DNA of 64,000 nucleotides from an uncultured Acidobacteriota bacterium (GTDB lineage Bacteria; Acidobacteriota; Vicinamibacteria; Vicinamibacterales; UBA2999): NCBI GenBank assembly GCA_963834325.1, contig CAWIBL010000011.1, positions 579,157 to 643,156 of the forward strand, read 5' to 3'. Shown piece by piece: positions 19,316 to 30,414 of this stretch (position 1 is its first letter; each line of letters starts with the position of its first letter). The notes under the pieces were generated by a model. It saw only the letters and a program-made list of their open reading frames with translations, ran no database searches and was not told where the DNA came from. The position numbers and the translations under genes were made by a program.

Positions 19316-20959
19316 TCACCTACGGTAGTCCACGACGTCGAAGCGCAGCGCGGGCGCGGTGTCCGTCAGACGCGGCGTCTTGTTGCGCCCGACCCAGAAG
19401 TGGAGCGAGCCGTCGATCGCGCGCGCCGACTGCCATCGCCGGGTGACCTGCACACCTTCCGGTGGCACTTCAGACTGGTGCAGCAAGCCGTGCGACGCTC
19501 GCAGTTCCTCCAGGATCTGCCCCGCCGGTTGCTGCGTGCGCGACGACCACAGCGCGCCAAGCGCCAGGCGCCCGACGGTGGCCGGCAGCAACGGGAACCA
19601 GTTGCCCGGCGGCGGCGGCGGCGTCAGGGTCCAGACCAGTCCCGTCGGCGTCGGCGCTGTCGGGGGCGCCGGCACGGCCGGAGCGTCGGCTCCTCGCCCA
19701 AGGGCGTCAGATACGCGTCGCTCGACGCCCCACGCGACGTTGGCCACTTCGTCCGCGAGGAAGTGCACCTCTTCGAGCGCGGGCCCCTCGATGGCGTCGG
19801 CCGGGCCGGCGGTGACGAAGAGATTCGACAGCGCCGTCTCCTGCCCGGCGACGTCCAAGCGGAACAGGTTCCAGCGGCCGGCCGGATGCGCCGCCACCGT
19901 GACCTCGCCGAACACGTCCGTCACCGCCACGACGGTGACGTCGAAGAGCGACCAGGCGTCGAGCACGATCGGCACCAGGAACCAGTCGTCGCTGTAGCTC
20001 AGGGCAAAGTCCAGCACCATCATCGTGGCCGGCGACGGCTCGATGTCAGGATTGGCGAGCACGTCGATGAGTTCAAACTGCACCGATCAATCTTCGAACG
20101 TCCAGAAGCGTGGATTTGGCATGCCCGCGAAGTCGAGCGGCGCCGGCACACGAAACGCCCGCCGCACGGTGGGCTGCTCGGTCACGCCCAGCGTGCCGCT
20201 GCCCTGTTCGAAGTGGTACCACTCGAGCTTCCCCTCGACGTATTCCGGCGCATTCAGCACGACTTCGCCGTTGGCCCCCGGCGCCGCCACGGAGAACGCG
20301 TACTCCATGTGCTCGGGTGACCAGGTCGCAGGCCCCGCGGCCGGCAGCTCGAAACGGTCGCCCGCCCACGCCAGCCACGCCCTCAGCACGGTGGCCTCGG
20401 CCGGATCGATCGGCGGCGTGCTGCCACCCGCGGCCATACGCGCGCTGATGGTTGCAGGCAAGCGGCTGCCGTCCGGGATCCGGCCCTGCACCATCTCCAA
20501 CCACGCGCGGCCCGGGCCGTCCAGCACGGCGTCGGCCGGAAGCGAGAACTCGCCCTCTGCAATCCAGAACGCGACGCGAGCCTCGGCGACTCCCGCCGCA
20601 CGCAGCATGCGCAGCAGGTGGAGGCCGGCCTCGGACCGGAGCCGCAGCTGCTCCGCGCCCTGCTCGCGGATCACTTCCCGCTCGACCAGCGCCTCGAGCG
20701 GAGTGCCTCGGGCGGTGATGGCCGTCGGGCGTCCGGTCGTGACGTCCGCGCCCCCACCGCGCAACCGGGCCAACGGCGCCACCGCGCCCTCGACGCGCAC
20801 GTCCACCGGCGTGGCCCCGCCGTCGTGGCGCAGTTCGCCGAACTGCCACTGCCGGCCGAGCAGCCACAGCGGGTCGTGGAGGCGCGCCTGCACGGCAATG
20901 GCAAGCGTCTCGTCCACCGGTGAGGGATGCAGACGAATCCAGGTCGGAAACGTGTTCAT
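19316..20959 (-). CDS. Operon gene 5: uncharacterised ~547-codon protein, interrupted by an in-frame TGA at 20087-20089 (ORF pieces 20087..20959 and 19316..20083)
   Basis: Both pieces are in the same frame and read '..PNPRFWTFED * S VQFELIDVLANPD..'. Conserved-looking strings are 'LHDPLWLLGRQWQFGEL', 'KLEWYHFEQG' and 'SYSDDWFLVPI'. The ATG lies 2 nt after the stop of gene 4. Confidence 0.6.
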
Positions 20960-20961
20960 CG

Positions 20962-23900
20962 TCAGCCTTCCACGGAGAACGACATCTTCGACGCGCCGGG
21001 GCGTTGGCCCAGTAAGACGAGCGGCGTGTGGCCCGCCTGGCTGAGCAGCGTCGACGGCTGCATCCGCAGCCGCGTGAACGCCATCGTGTCGCGCAGCACC
21101 GCCACCAAGGTGTCGACGGTCCAGGGGCGCGAAGGGTCGGGGCTCACGCCCAGCAGCACCACCTGCGGCGCGCGTGTGCTGGCGTTGTTGAAGCGCAGCG
21201 CCATGGCCGTATCGCGGGTGTCGGTCGGCACCGTCTCGGTCCAGGCATCAATCAGCAGACCACCTAGCGGGGCGGCCGGCGCGAGACCGAGTGGTGCATG
21301 CATGACCACCGAGAGCCGCCCGACAGGAGCGCGGCCGCCGGTCCCGGTGAACGACGTGGCAATCCAGCGGTCGCCGGCCGCAAACGGCGCCTGCGCCACG
21401 GGCAACGGTTCCAGTGGCCGTCCCTGCGCTTCGCGGCGCAGGAACACCTCGGTGAGGCGCGCCACGGGCGCATGCGTGCGTCCCGCGGCGTCGAGCCAGG
21501 CCGCGGGGGCCGCAGGTTCGTTCCCAAACAAGCTCGGGGGCGGTGGATCGGTGGCCGTGCTCAGCGTCGCCGGATCCCGCGGCGTGAACGTGACGACGCC
21601 GGGCAGGTCGCCGCCGAACAACGCCCGGAGGCGATCGCCTGGCGTGCCCGACGACGCCGCCAGCAGCCGTCCCTCGATTGCCGCGCGCAGCGCCGCGCGA
21701 TGGTCGGCGGAGATATCGCCGGACAAGGCCAGGTCCGGCACGCGGATGCCGAACGCGGCAGCGTGCAGCGCCACGCCGGCCGCGTCATCGCCGGCCGCGA
21801 CCACGTCGCGCAGCGCGGCCAAAGTCGTGTCGGCCTCGGTGACCCGTTGCGGCAAGTCGCCGGCGGCCTCGTCCTGGGCGGCCGGCAGCGCACTCGGCTC
21901 TTCGAACGCGTCGGCGCCGAGCGGACGCGCGTGCGTGATCACTTCAGCCACGGCACCACACAGTCCGATCAGGTCGCGCCAGGCGCGATCGGTGCGGACG
22001 CGCGGTTCCACCAGCCCGGCCTGATCTGCTTGGGCCGCGCGCACGACGCGCTCGCTCAGCTCGGACGCCTCGCCGCGGCCCGCCATCACTACGTCGATCG
22101 CCGCAATCTTCAGCGCCGGCAGCGGAACCGCGCTCGTGCCGGCGCCGTGCTCCACGACCAGCGCGATGGCCGACGCCGGGCCGAGCATCAGCCCGCACCA
22201 CGCGTCGAGCAGTGGCTCGGCCTTCGCGCGCGGCGTCGCCGCGCCCGGCCACCCGGGCGCCGCGGCGTCTGCGGCCAGCACCACGGCCACGCGGTGCGTG
22301 AGCCGGATGCCGGGCGTCGGCGACTGGGTCACGGTGAGCACCGGCGGCTCCTCGCCCTTGGCGATGCGCTCGAGGGTCGCGAGCGCGCTTTCAGGATTGC
22401 CTTTGACGATCTGGTAGACGGCTTCGGCGGTGAGCGCGTCAGCCACGGCATCGAGCGTGTCCGCCATTCCCTCTGCGGCCACGAGCACGGCCGGGTCGGT
22501 GACGGCGCCGGCGCCGGCCTGGTGCAGCTTCAAGCCATCGAGCACGCCAAATCCCGCGCGCGGCGCAAATTGCTCGCGGAGCGTCGCCAGGTGCGCTTCG
22601 CCGGCGGTGCCCTGTATCGCCCGCTCGAAGCGCACGCCGAGCAGTTCGCCGAGGGACCGCCCGTTGCGCACGCCCTCGAGGATCCAGCGCGCCAGTCGCA
22701 CGCGCCGTGACGAGAGATCGACGTCCGCATGATGACTGTTGGCGTCGCCCGCCCGCACCGCGGCGCTGCGCAGCACGGCCGCCGCGGCGGCCTGGTCCAG
22801 CGTCGGTGCGTGGATGAACTCGGCGCGCTGTCGCGGGTCACCGGGGTCGTGGCGCCGCACGTCCTGCAGGCAGCCCCAGCCGCCAATCACCAGTCCGGCC
22901 GGAGAGACCGCGCGCAGCGTGGCGAGCCGCTGGGTGGCGAGCGCCGTGAACCACGCGTCCACGCGGTGATTGCACACGTCGAGCACGCCGAAGCACTCGC
23001 TTTCGAGGAGCGCCTCCGGAAACTCCGCCAGCCGGGCGAGCGCGGCCCGGAATGCCGTCAGGCGATCCGCGCCTGGAAGGCGCGCTCGGGGCGCGTCCAA
23101 GACGCCAACCAGTGCCCGGATGCGGGCCTGCTCCTCAGCGCTAATCTCCGGGTCGCCTCCCGGGAACGGGTGCGGTCGCGAGTCGGCGTCAGGGCCGGGT
23201 TGTGGCCGGGGCCGCGGTCCGCCGTCGGGGTCGAGCGGTAGTGACGAGAACGCCCGCACCATCACCTGGAGATAGACATCGCTGCCCGAGGTCCGCGCCT
23301 GAACCAGCAGGGTGCGGCGGGAGGCGATGTCGAGCGACGCCTCCACGGCAGCGCGCGCCACCCGGTTCCACTCGAGCAGCGCCGCGTGCCGCGCCATGCG
23401 CGCCAGCAGCGACGATGGCACGGGCCGGGCCAACAAGGCTTGGGGCCCAGCGGCCGCCAGCGCCGCCAGCTCGCCGCGGGTGGCCGCGTCCACGACGGGC
23501 GCCGCCACCGGCTGCGGTTCGCGATCACCCACGGCCACGATCGGGCCGGTGCGCCAGGTGTCGTCGATCTGCCGCCGCGTCGCGATCTGCAGGGTCGTGG
23601 CGAGCCGTTCGAAGCGATTCGGCTCGGGCTGTGCCGCGAGCTGCGGCGTCGTCTCCGCATAGAGCGCCACCGACCGCCCGAGCTGACGCAACGCGTCGTC
23701 GGTGTCGCCGATGAACACGGGCGGCTGACGTCGCATCGCGAACCACGTCCGAGTGGCACGCAGCAGACGCACCACCGTCGGGTCGATGCCCTCGGACGCG
23801 GCGGCCACGAAGTCCGAAAGTCCCGTGACGGGCAGCACCCCATACGGTTGCCGGCCGACACGGATGGCTGGAATCGGGCCGGACGCCCGCACGGATTCGA

Positions 23901-25245
23901 TCGCGAACATGCGTAACGTGTTCGCCTGGGCGGCACTGAGCCCGAGGAAGTCTTCGGCGAACGCGCCCACGTTGGTCGGCCACAGCACGGACAGCATGGC
24001 GGCGGCGAGTTCCGGCTCGAACCCAACTGGCTCTTCCGCCACGGCGGCGACCGCACCCGACCCGGGCAGCGACGCGAACACCTCTGGGGCCATGCCCAGG
24101 GCCCGCGCCGTGACCACGCCGTTGGCCGCCAGCGGCGGAAAGACGCGCGGCCGCCGCTCCAGGTCGAACGCGTACTCCACGCGTTCGCTGCTGGACGGCA
24201 AGCCGGCGCCGCCGGTGTCGCTGTTGTTGGTGGGCGTATTCTGCGGCACGAAGGCGAGACCGCGGCTGAAGCGATGCCCGGTGAACAAGTCGGCCAACGT
24301 CGTGGCGGCGCTGTGCTGCGGTGTTTCGGTGAGCCGGACGCCGACCACGAACAGCTCGTCGAACCCCTCGACGTCTGGCGCCAGCGCGAGGTCGAGCGCC
24401 ATCCCCACCTTCACTGCCTCGGCGAAGTCGGTCAGCCACCGCATCCGCGGCGGCAGCTGGATGGGACTGCCCTCCTGATTGGTGAGTCCCTGCGTTTCGC
24501 TCGGCGTCGTGTCGAGCCCGATCGCCAGATCGTACGGAATCGCGGCACCGACCTGCTCCAGCACCTTCGTTCCCTGCCTGATGCCAATCACGATCCACCG
24601 GTCGGGCAGAACACTCGCCCTGGGCACGAACGGCGCGTCGTCGTCCTGCAGCGCGACGTCGGGGAACTGCGGCTCGACGCCGGGGCCGAGGACAGCACGG
24701 TTCGACGGCGTCAGCTGATCGGCCGCCCAGGCCGCGCGCGTCACGCCAATCGCGTCGGCCAGCGCGCGCCACGCGATTCGCGATTCGGCGTCGCTCGTGG
24801 CCGCCGCCTCGCCCCGCCAGTAGTGCGTCGCGGCGTCGTGCTCGTGGGCGGTAAGGCGCGGGTCGTGCGTGGCGGTGGCGATGGCGTCGGGCCAGACGCG
24901 CACCCGCAGGCGCCCCGGGTCGAGCCGCGCCTCCAGCGTCACCGGGAACAACCCCAGCACCTGCGAGCCCGGGATGGCACCGAGCAAGTCGCTGCTCGTG
25001 AGCACGCCGTCGAGATCGCGTAGCCGTTCGCGATCGAGCGTGCGCCGGGCTTGCTCGATCGCGGTGCGCGCGTGGGCCACGGCGTCGGTAGCGGCCCGCA
25101 CACGGGCGCGCAACTGCGGGCTCGCCGGGTCGAGCGCCAGCGCCCGCGTGGCCACCGCCTGCGCGCGCAGCGCCGTGTCGTGAGTGGCGCTGGCGCTGGT
25201 GACGCGTTCGAAGAACGGCTGCAGCCGAATGGGATCGACGGGCAT
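20962..25245 (-). CDS. Operon gene 4: uncharacterised 1427-aa protein (the C-terminal two-thirds of the 2213-aa ORF in the track)
   Basis: An internal ATG at 25245-25243 ('MPVDPIRLQPFFERVTSAS..') overlaps, as TGATG, the stop of an alternative-frame C-terminus of gene 3. The frame is intact for 4.3 kb. Conserved-looking text is 'LFPVTLEARLDPGRLRVRVWPDAIATATHDPRLTAHEHDAATHYW'. I recognised no named domain. Confidence 0.55.
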   Translation of the reverse strand: MPVDPIRLQPFFERVTSASATHDTALRAQAVATRALALDPASPQLRARVRAATDAVAHARTAIEQARRTLDRERLRDLDGVLTSSDLLGAIPGSQVLGLFPVTLEARLDPGRLRVRVWPDAIATATHDPRLTAHEHDAATHYWRGEAAATSDAESRIAWRALADAIGVTRAAWAADQLTPSNRAVLGPGVEPQFPDVALQDDDAPFVPRASVLPDRWIVIGIRQGTKVLEQVGAAIPYDLAIGLDTTPSETQGLTNQEGSPIQLPPRMRWLTDFAEAVKVGMALDLALAPDVEGFDELFVVGVRLTETPQHSAATTLADLFTGHRFSRGLAFVPQNTPTNNSDTGGAGLPSSSERVEYAFDLERRPRVFPPLAANGVVTARALGMAPEVFASLPGSGAVAAVAEEPVGFEPELAAAMLSVLWPTNVGAFAEDFLGLSAAQANTLRMFAIESVRASGPIPAIRVGRQPYGVLPVTGLSDFVAAASEGIDPTVVRLLRATRTWFAMRRQPPVFIGDTDDALRQLGRSVALYAETTPQLAAQPEPNRFERLATTLQIATRRQIDDTWRTGPIVAVGDREPQPVAAPVVDAATRGELAALAAAGPQALLARPVPSSLLARMARHAALLEWNRVARAAVEASLDIASRRTLLVQARTSGSDVYLQVMVRAFSSLPLDPDGGPRPRPQPGPDADSRPHPFPGGDPEISAEEQARIRALVGVLDAPRARLPGADRLTAFRAALARLAEFPEALLESECFGVLDVCNHRVDAWFTALATQRLATLRAVSPAGLVIGGWGCLQDVRRHDPGDPRQRAEFIHAPTLDQAAAAAVLRSAAVRAGDANSHHADVDLSSRRVRLARWILEGVRNGRSLGELLGVRFERAIQGTAGEAHLATLREQFAPRAGFGVLDGLKLHQAGAGAVTDPAVLVAAEGMADTLDAVADALTAEAVYQIVKGNPESALATLERIAKGEEPPVLTVTQSPTPGIRLTHRVAVVLAADAAAPGWPGAATPRAKAEPLLDAWCGLMLGPASAIALVVEHGAGTSAVPLPALKIAAIDVVMAGRGEASELSERVVRAAQADQAGLVEPRVRTDRAWRDLIGLCGAVAEVITHARPLGADAFEEPSALPAAQDEAAGDLPQRVTEADTTLAALRDVVAAGDDAAGVALHAAAFGIRVPDLALSGDISADHRAALRAAIEGRLLAASSGTPGDRLRALFGGDLPGVVTFTPRDPATLSTATDPPPPSLFGNEPAAPAAWLDAAGRTHAPVARLTEVFLRREAQGRPLEPLPVAQAPFAAGDRWIATSFTGTGGRAPVGRLSVVMHAPLGLAPAAPLGGLLIDAWTETVPTDTRDTAMALRFNNASTRAPQVVLLGVSPDPSRPWTVDTLVAVLRDTMAFTRLRMQPSTLLSQAGHTPLVLLGQRPGASKMSFSVEG

Positions 25246-27567
25246 CAGCTTGGGGGTCGCACGAGCAGTGACGCGTGGATGAAGGCCCGGAAGGGACGCT
25301 GCCGGACGAGGTTCGCCATCGTGGCCGCCGTCGCGGACGCCGGATTGAAGTTGGCATCGGTGACGATCGGGAAATCCCGGCAGCGACGCGTAGGCCGCGT
25401 CGGCCGCCAGCGTCAGCTGCGTCCAGCTGAGTGTGGCCCGCGCCGGCGGAGTGGTGCCGCCGTCCGGGTCGAGGCCGAAGTGCGGGTCGCCGGGGTTCTC
25501 GGCGAGCAGGAAGAAGCGCCCCGGCTGGTTGTCGGCCTTGACCGGAGAGCCCACCACCGCCTCCGCCGTCATGCCGGCGAAGCCGGCATACAGCACGTCC
25601 TCGCCGATGCGGCCGCGGAAGGCGGGCCGCCGCAGCCCGGCGGCGTCGGCCACCGGCGATCGTGACTCGTTCGCGTTCCACGACGCGGGCACGGTGGCGA
25701 TGGTCAGTGACGGGTAGCGACGGATCAGCTCGCCACGCACGAGCAGCACGAGCGACGCCCCGCCACGCACGTGGCTGCCGGCGGTGCTGTCGAGCGACCA
25801 CGTGGACAGGTCGTCGATGTCGTCGCCATCGTCGGTGCGGCCCCAGAAGCGACGAAACGCGGTGGCGCGCCGGTCCGCCGGCAGGCCGCGCCACAGCAGC
25901 TCGAAGTTCAGCGCCTGATTCGCGCCGACGAGGAACGCCTCGACGAAGGCGGCGTTCGCTTCGACGAGCGCCACACCCTCGGCGGGAATCGACCCGGGCC
26001 CCGGGAGCATCAGTTCCGGGAAGCGCTCGGCCAGCGGCTCACTCATCGGGCGCGAGAAGCGCGGCGTGAACGCACCCGTCGGGATGGCAGCGGCGTCGGA
26101 GCGAGCCGGCGGCGGGGGCACGACCACCGGCTGCCTGGTGACCAGCGGCGCCAGGCGCACGGGAGCGATGACCGCTGGCGATGGGCCGGCTGACTCAGGC
26201 GCGGGTCCCGGGCCCTTCACGCCTTTCCACGTCTTGCGCACGATGCGCCGGCCGGCAATCGTGTAGGCGCCTCGGTCGCTCGCCTGCCGCTGGCGCGCGA
26301 CCAGGGGCGCGGTGACTCGCCGACGCTCGGTCACGGGCGCGGTGGCCAGGCGCTGCGCGACCCTGTTGACGAAGGCCAAGGCCAGCTGCCGGCGCCGGCC
26401 CTCGCGTTGGGCCTTGGTGAACGCGTCGAACTGGGCCCGCGCGGCCTCGACCAGATCGTCCTGCTCCGCACGCACGACGTCAGCGCCCAGGCCGGCCGCC
26501 GCGCGCAGCATCGGCGTGAGGTTCAGCGCCACGGCCCACGAGGCCATCGGCGTCACCACGCGCGACTCCGTCCACGGCTCGCCGAAGTAGGACGGACCGA
26601 GGATGGGCGGGTTGGTGCCGCCCTCTAAGGCAGCGCGAATCTCGGTGACGGCCACCGCCGGAAGACTCTCGCGCTGTGCCCCCTGGCCCGGCGCGCGCAA
26701 CGGCGCCTGCCAATCGACGGCCAGCGCGCCGTTGCCGCTCGGCAGCGAGAGATGCAGCGGCGTGACCTCACCCTTGGGGTCCAGCGTCACCGCCTGCAGC
26801 CGCTGCGCGAGCGACTCGAAATCGCCCGCCTCACCGGTGCGGAAGCGCCACGCGTGATAGGCCGGCAGTCGCGTCGGTGTATCCAGTGGACTCCAGGCGG
26901 GTTCGAGCCCCGTCACGAGCGCCGGATGCCCGGTGGGATCCTCACCGAGACCGGCCAGTCGGCCGGAGAGATACGTGGGCACAACGGCCGCCACGTAGCC
27001 GCGATTCGGCTGCAGACGCCGCGGGGCAAGCAAACGCGACAAGCTGTGATCGGGCCGCGCGGCCAGGGTCGCCGCGATCTGATCTGAGGTGTCGCAGGCC
27101 ACCTGCGCATGCGCCCACGTCGCGGCGTCGGCCAAGTCCGGCAGCTCATGTCGCGCACGGTCGGCAGACAGGTGCAGGATCCACGGACTCTGTCCCTGTG
27201 TGCCGCGTTCCAGGCGAAGGGCCTCGTCCTCCTCGATCACCACCAGCGCCAGCCACGGCGGCAGGCGCGACCCCGCGGGCAGCGTAGGACTGTAGGCCCA
27301 GGGCAACTCGGGGGCATCGAACTCGATCAGCGGAAAGAAGTCGGGCTCGGCGGCATTGGCACCCGCGGCCGGCGACACGCGCAGAATCTGGCGCGGCTCG
27401 ATGGCCACCACATCGCCCGGGCCGAGCAGGGGCAAGGTGTGGGCGACATCGCGCGCGGGCTGTCCCGGCGACTCGAGCCGGAACGCCACCGACACCTGCG
27501 CCCTGGCCCCGGCGTTGGCTATCGGCGTCAGTCCCTGACGCACGAACGGCAGAAAGAAGAGATTCAT
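25245..27567 (-). CDS. Operon gene 3: uncharacterised ~773-aa protein, frame break between 25375 and 25415 hidden inside the long ORF
   Basis: The ATG at 27567 ('MNLFFLPFVRQGL') forms an ATGA overlap with the stop of gene 2. The span is 2323 nt (3n+1). After '..LSWTQLTLAADAAYASLPG' the track frame turns into 'DRHRCQLQSGVRDGGHDGEPRP'. Another frame reads 'DFPIVTDANFNPASATAATMANLVRQRPFRAFIHASLLVRPPS*'. Conserved-looking strings are 'LPDLADAATWAHAQV' and 'NFELLWRGLPADRRATAFRRFWGR'. Confidence 0.5.
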
Positions 27568-30414
27568 GGCGCTGCCTCCAGCACCATGGCGTGGCGCGTC
27601 CACTTCCGCTCGCTGGCCCGCGTCGGCCCGGCGAATTGCAGTGCCTCGGCGAAATGGAGTCCGATGTTCAGCGGGGTGTGCGGGGCCGGCTGCGGCGGCG
27701 GCGCCATCAGGCTGTCCATCACCCTGTCTTCAGTCAGTGATTCGTCGCTCGCCACCGCTGCTCCCGGCGCGACGCTCCACGCGGTGCTGCCGAAGCGGGC
27801 CCCGCACACCAGCCCACCGCGGAACGGCGTCTCCTTGGGCGGCTTGCGCAGATAGCGCCGCGTCGGAAACACGTCGGTCAGGTCTTCAAGCTTGGCGACG
27901 CCGTTGGTGCCCACCAGGCGCCACGTCCCGGCATCCGACAAACCGCTGGCGTCGTAGACCTCGAGCGCGATGCCCAGTGGCAACTGACTCTGACGCACAT
28001 CGATCTGATCGCGCGGGGCCAGAGCGTCGTTGGCCCCGGCGCGCAGTCGCACGGTGGCGCCAGACGCCCGCCGCAGCGACCAGCCGGCCGGATCGGCCAC
28101 CGCATCGCCGATCACCTGACGCGCCTGCTGTTGCGCCGACGAGATCTCGCCCAGGTCGTCGCCCCAGTGATAGGGGCCGAAGTCCTTGGACATGTCCACG
28201 CCGCACACTTCCCAGTAGATGCTCCCCTCGATGGTCCAGGGATCCGGGCCGCGCATCGCGCCCTTCAAGCCCGCGCTGAACAGATCGCAGCCGAACATAT
28301 GGGCCGTCACCCGGATCTGGAGGTCCACTTCGAAGAGCGGCCGCGGCTGGCGCATCACCAGGAAGTTGAAGTCGGCGTCGGCGCGCAGGCCACCCCAGCT
28401 CGCCCCGATCTCGACGTGCGCCGAGTAGCCGAACTGCAGGCTCGTGTTGGTGACGGCGAAGTACTTCTGCAGGTTGAAGTTGACGAGCTCGTGCGGATGC
28501 CACGTGGCACCCAGCCGCGCCGGCTCGCGCAGGCCCTCCGGAATGAACGGGCGGAACGACGGGTGGAAGCCGCCGAGCGTGAAGGCGAATTCGTCGCGGG
28601 CGCCCCACCGGATGAGCAGCGCAGCGCCGCCGGTCAGTCGGACGCGCTTGAATAGCAAGGCCTCGGTGAGCGCCAGCGACACCCGTACGAACTTGGCGCG
28701 GTAGTCGTAGACGGCCTCGAGCCCGGCCCGAACGCGCAGGATGTGGTCCTGCGTCAGGGTGGGAAGACCCAGCTGCGCGGTGCCGTAGAGCGCGAACTGG
28801 ACGTTCTCGAGTTCGGCCAGCAGCACGCCGCGCAGATGGCCGAAGAGCGTTCCGGTCTCGGCGCGCCACTCGATCTCCACCAGCAGTCCCACCACCTGAT
28901 GCCCCTCGGCCAGCGGGAAGAACCGGTCCACCATGGGCAGCACCACCGGCAGCTGTTCCTCGGGGCGGTCCGAGAAGAGCGCGGTATCGAGCGCACCAGG
29001 CGTGCCCAGCACCGCGTCGCGTAACGCCTCCACCGCCATGGTGCGGTTGAGCGCCAGCAGCCCGCCCACCGCGGTCAGCTTCAGGCCGAAGCCCAGCTGA
29101 TAGGGCGGGGTGAAGCGCACGGTGACGAAGAGCAGGAACGTCCACGGCCGGTTCGCCGCCCAACTCGATCACGCCGAAGGCGGCCAGCTCGAAGCTGTCG
29201 GCGAAGCGCAGCGCCAGGCCGCCGCGCCAGGTGACGCGCCCATCAGCGGCCGCGATGCGCTGAAGGAATCCCCCGCCCGAGATCGATGGCGCGTTGACCG
29301 ATACGGCCACGCCGTTCGGCGGCGTGAGGTCGATCGGATTCTCGACGGCCTCGACGTCCTCGCCGATCGGGATGCGCCACACCAGGCCTACGCCCGTGAA
29401 CGTCAGGCGCGCGGCCTTGATGCTGAGCGACAGGGTGCCGCTCACGGCCACCGTGACCCGCACGCCGACGTTCTTGTCGGTCAGCATCATCGGGATCGCC
29501 GTGGTCGTGACCTCGAGGCGCCGCTCGTGCAGCGTGATCGGACCCAGCTTCTGGTTCAGCGGCGTGACCACCGTGGTCGCGGCTTGCGACGGCGTCGCGG
29601 ACGACTGCCCCGTCGCCGGCGGCACGGCCACGCCCCCGCGCCAGCTCGCCGAGGCCGACGAACTTCCAGCCGCCGTACGGCGACCAGGTGATCGCGGCGT
29701 CCAGCGGCAGGCTGATGCCGTCGGTCGGGAGCAACTGCTGCAGCAGGCCGTCGCCCGGCCGGAAGGCGATGCGATCTTCCTTGTCGTTCAGCGCCAGCCG
29801 CAGCTGGAACGACGAGCTCTCGGCCGTAGGCACGCCGACGAAGGCCATCGAGACCGCCCACCGACGGCGTCAGTCGTACCGATGAGGCCCGGCAGGGGCG
29901 CCATCGTCATCGGGTAGAGCAGCTTCAGCGACAGCCGCGTGCCCGGCGCGCCGCGCGGCGTCTGCAAGGCCCAGGGCTGCTCGAGAAAGCCGCGTCCCTC
30001 CGTCTCGATGCGTGCGTGCAGGCCGGCGCCGAGCTGCTCCTCGAAGAGCAGACCGCCGTCCCAGCCCGCAAACAGCCGTCCCGGCTCCACCGAGTTCGCC
30101 GCCGGCACCATGGTGAACGACAGCTTGCGCGCCGGCAGCTGGTAGCGCTGCGTCGCGCCTGGATGGATCAGCAGGCTCATGGTCTGCCGCGCCAGCACCT
30201 CGGCGGTCGTCACCGTGTTGCGCGTGCCGGGCGCGGGCACGCGCGCCGGCCCTTCCCAGCCGGAGACGAAGGTCAGCCGGCGATTCCCGGTGATCGAGCC
30301 GAGCGCGATGCCGAGACCGGCCAGCATCAGTTCCGGCGAGAAGATCACCGGCGCGTTGTTGATCGGCCGCGGGTCGTGATCCTCGATGACGCCGATGGTC
30401 AGCTCACTGAGCAA
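27564..30414 (-). CDS. Operon gene 2: DUF6603-like large protein, 3 frame breaks (~29845, ~29640, ~29140)
   Basis: Four ORF pieces are consecutive in different frames: 29788..30414, 29243..29848, 27886..29631 (N-terminal part only) and 27564..29120. The junction texts are '..GLIGTTDAVGG|MAFVGVPTAESSSFQL', '..WKFVGLGELARG|VAVPPATGQ' and '..AAFGVIELGGE|PWTFLLFVTVRFTPPYQLGFGLKLTAVGGLLALNRTM'. The last block plus 'FTLGGFHPSFRPFIPEGL' matches my memory of DUF6603. This was not searched. Confidence 0.5.

Noticed and set aside
20087-20089. The in-frame TGA in operon gene 5 as a selenocysteine codon.
   Set aside because: I saw no obvious SECIS-like hairpin immediately downstream. The surrounding text gives no redox-motif context (no Cys/Sec-type active site). 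A nonsense change, an error or a plain gene split is simpler. It is kept as a finding, not as a Sec call.
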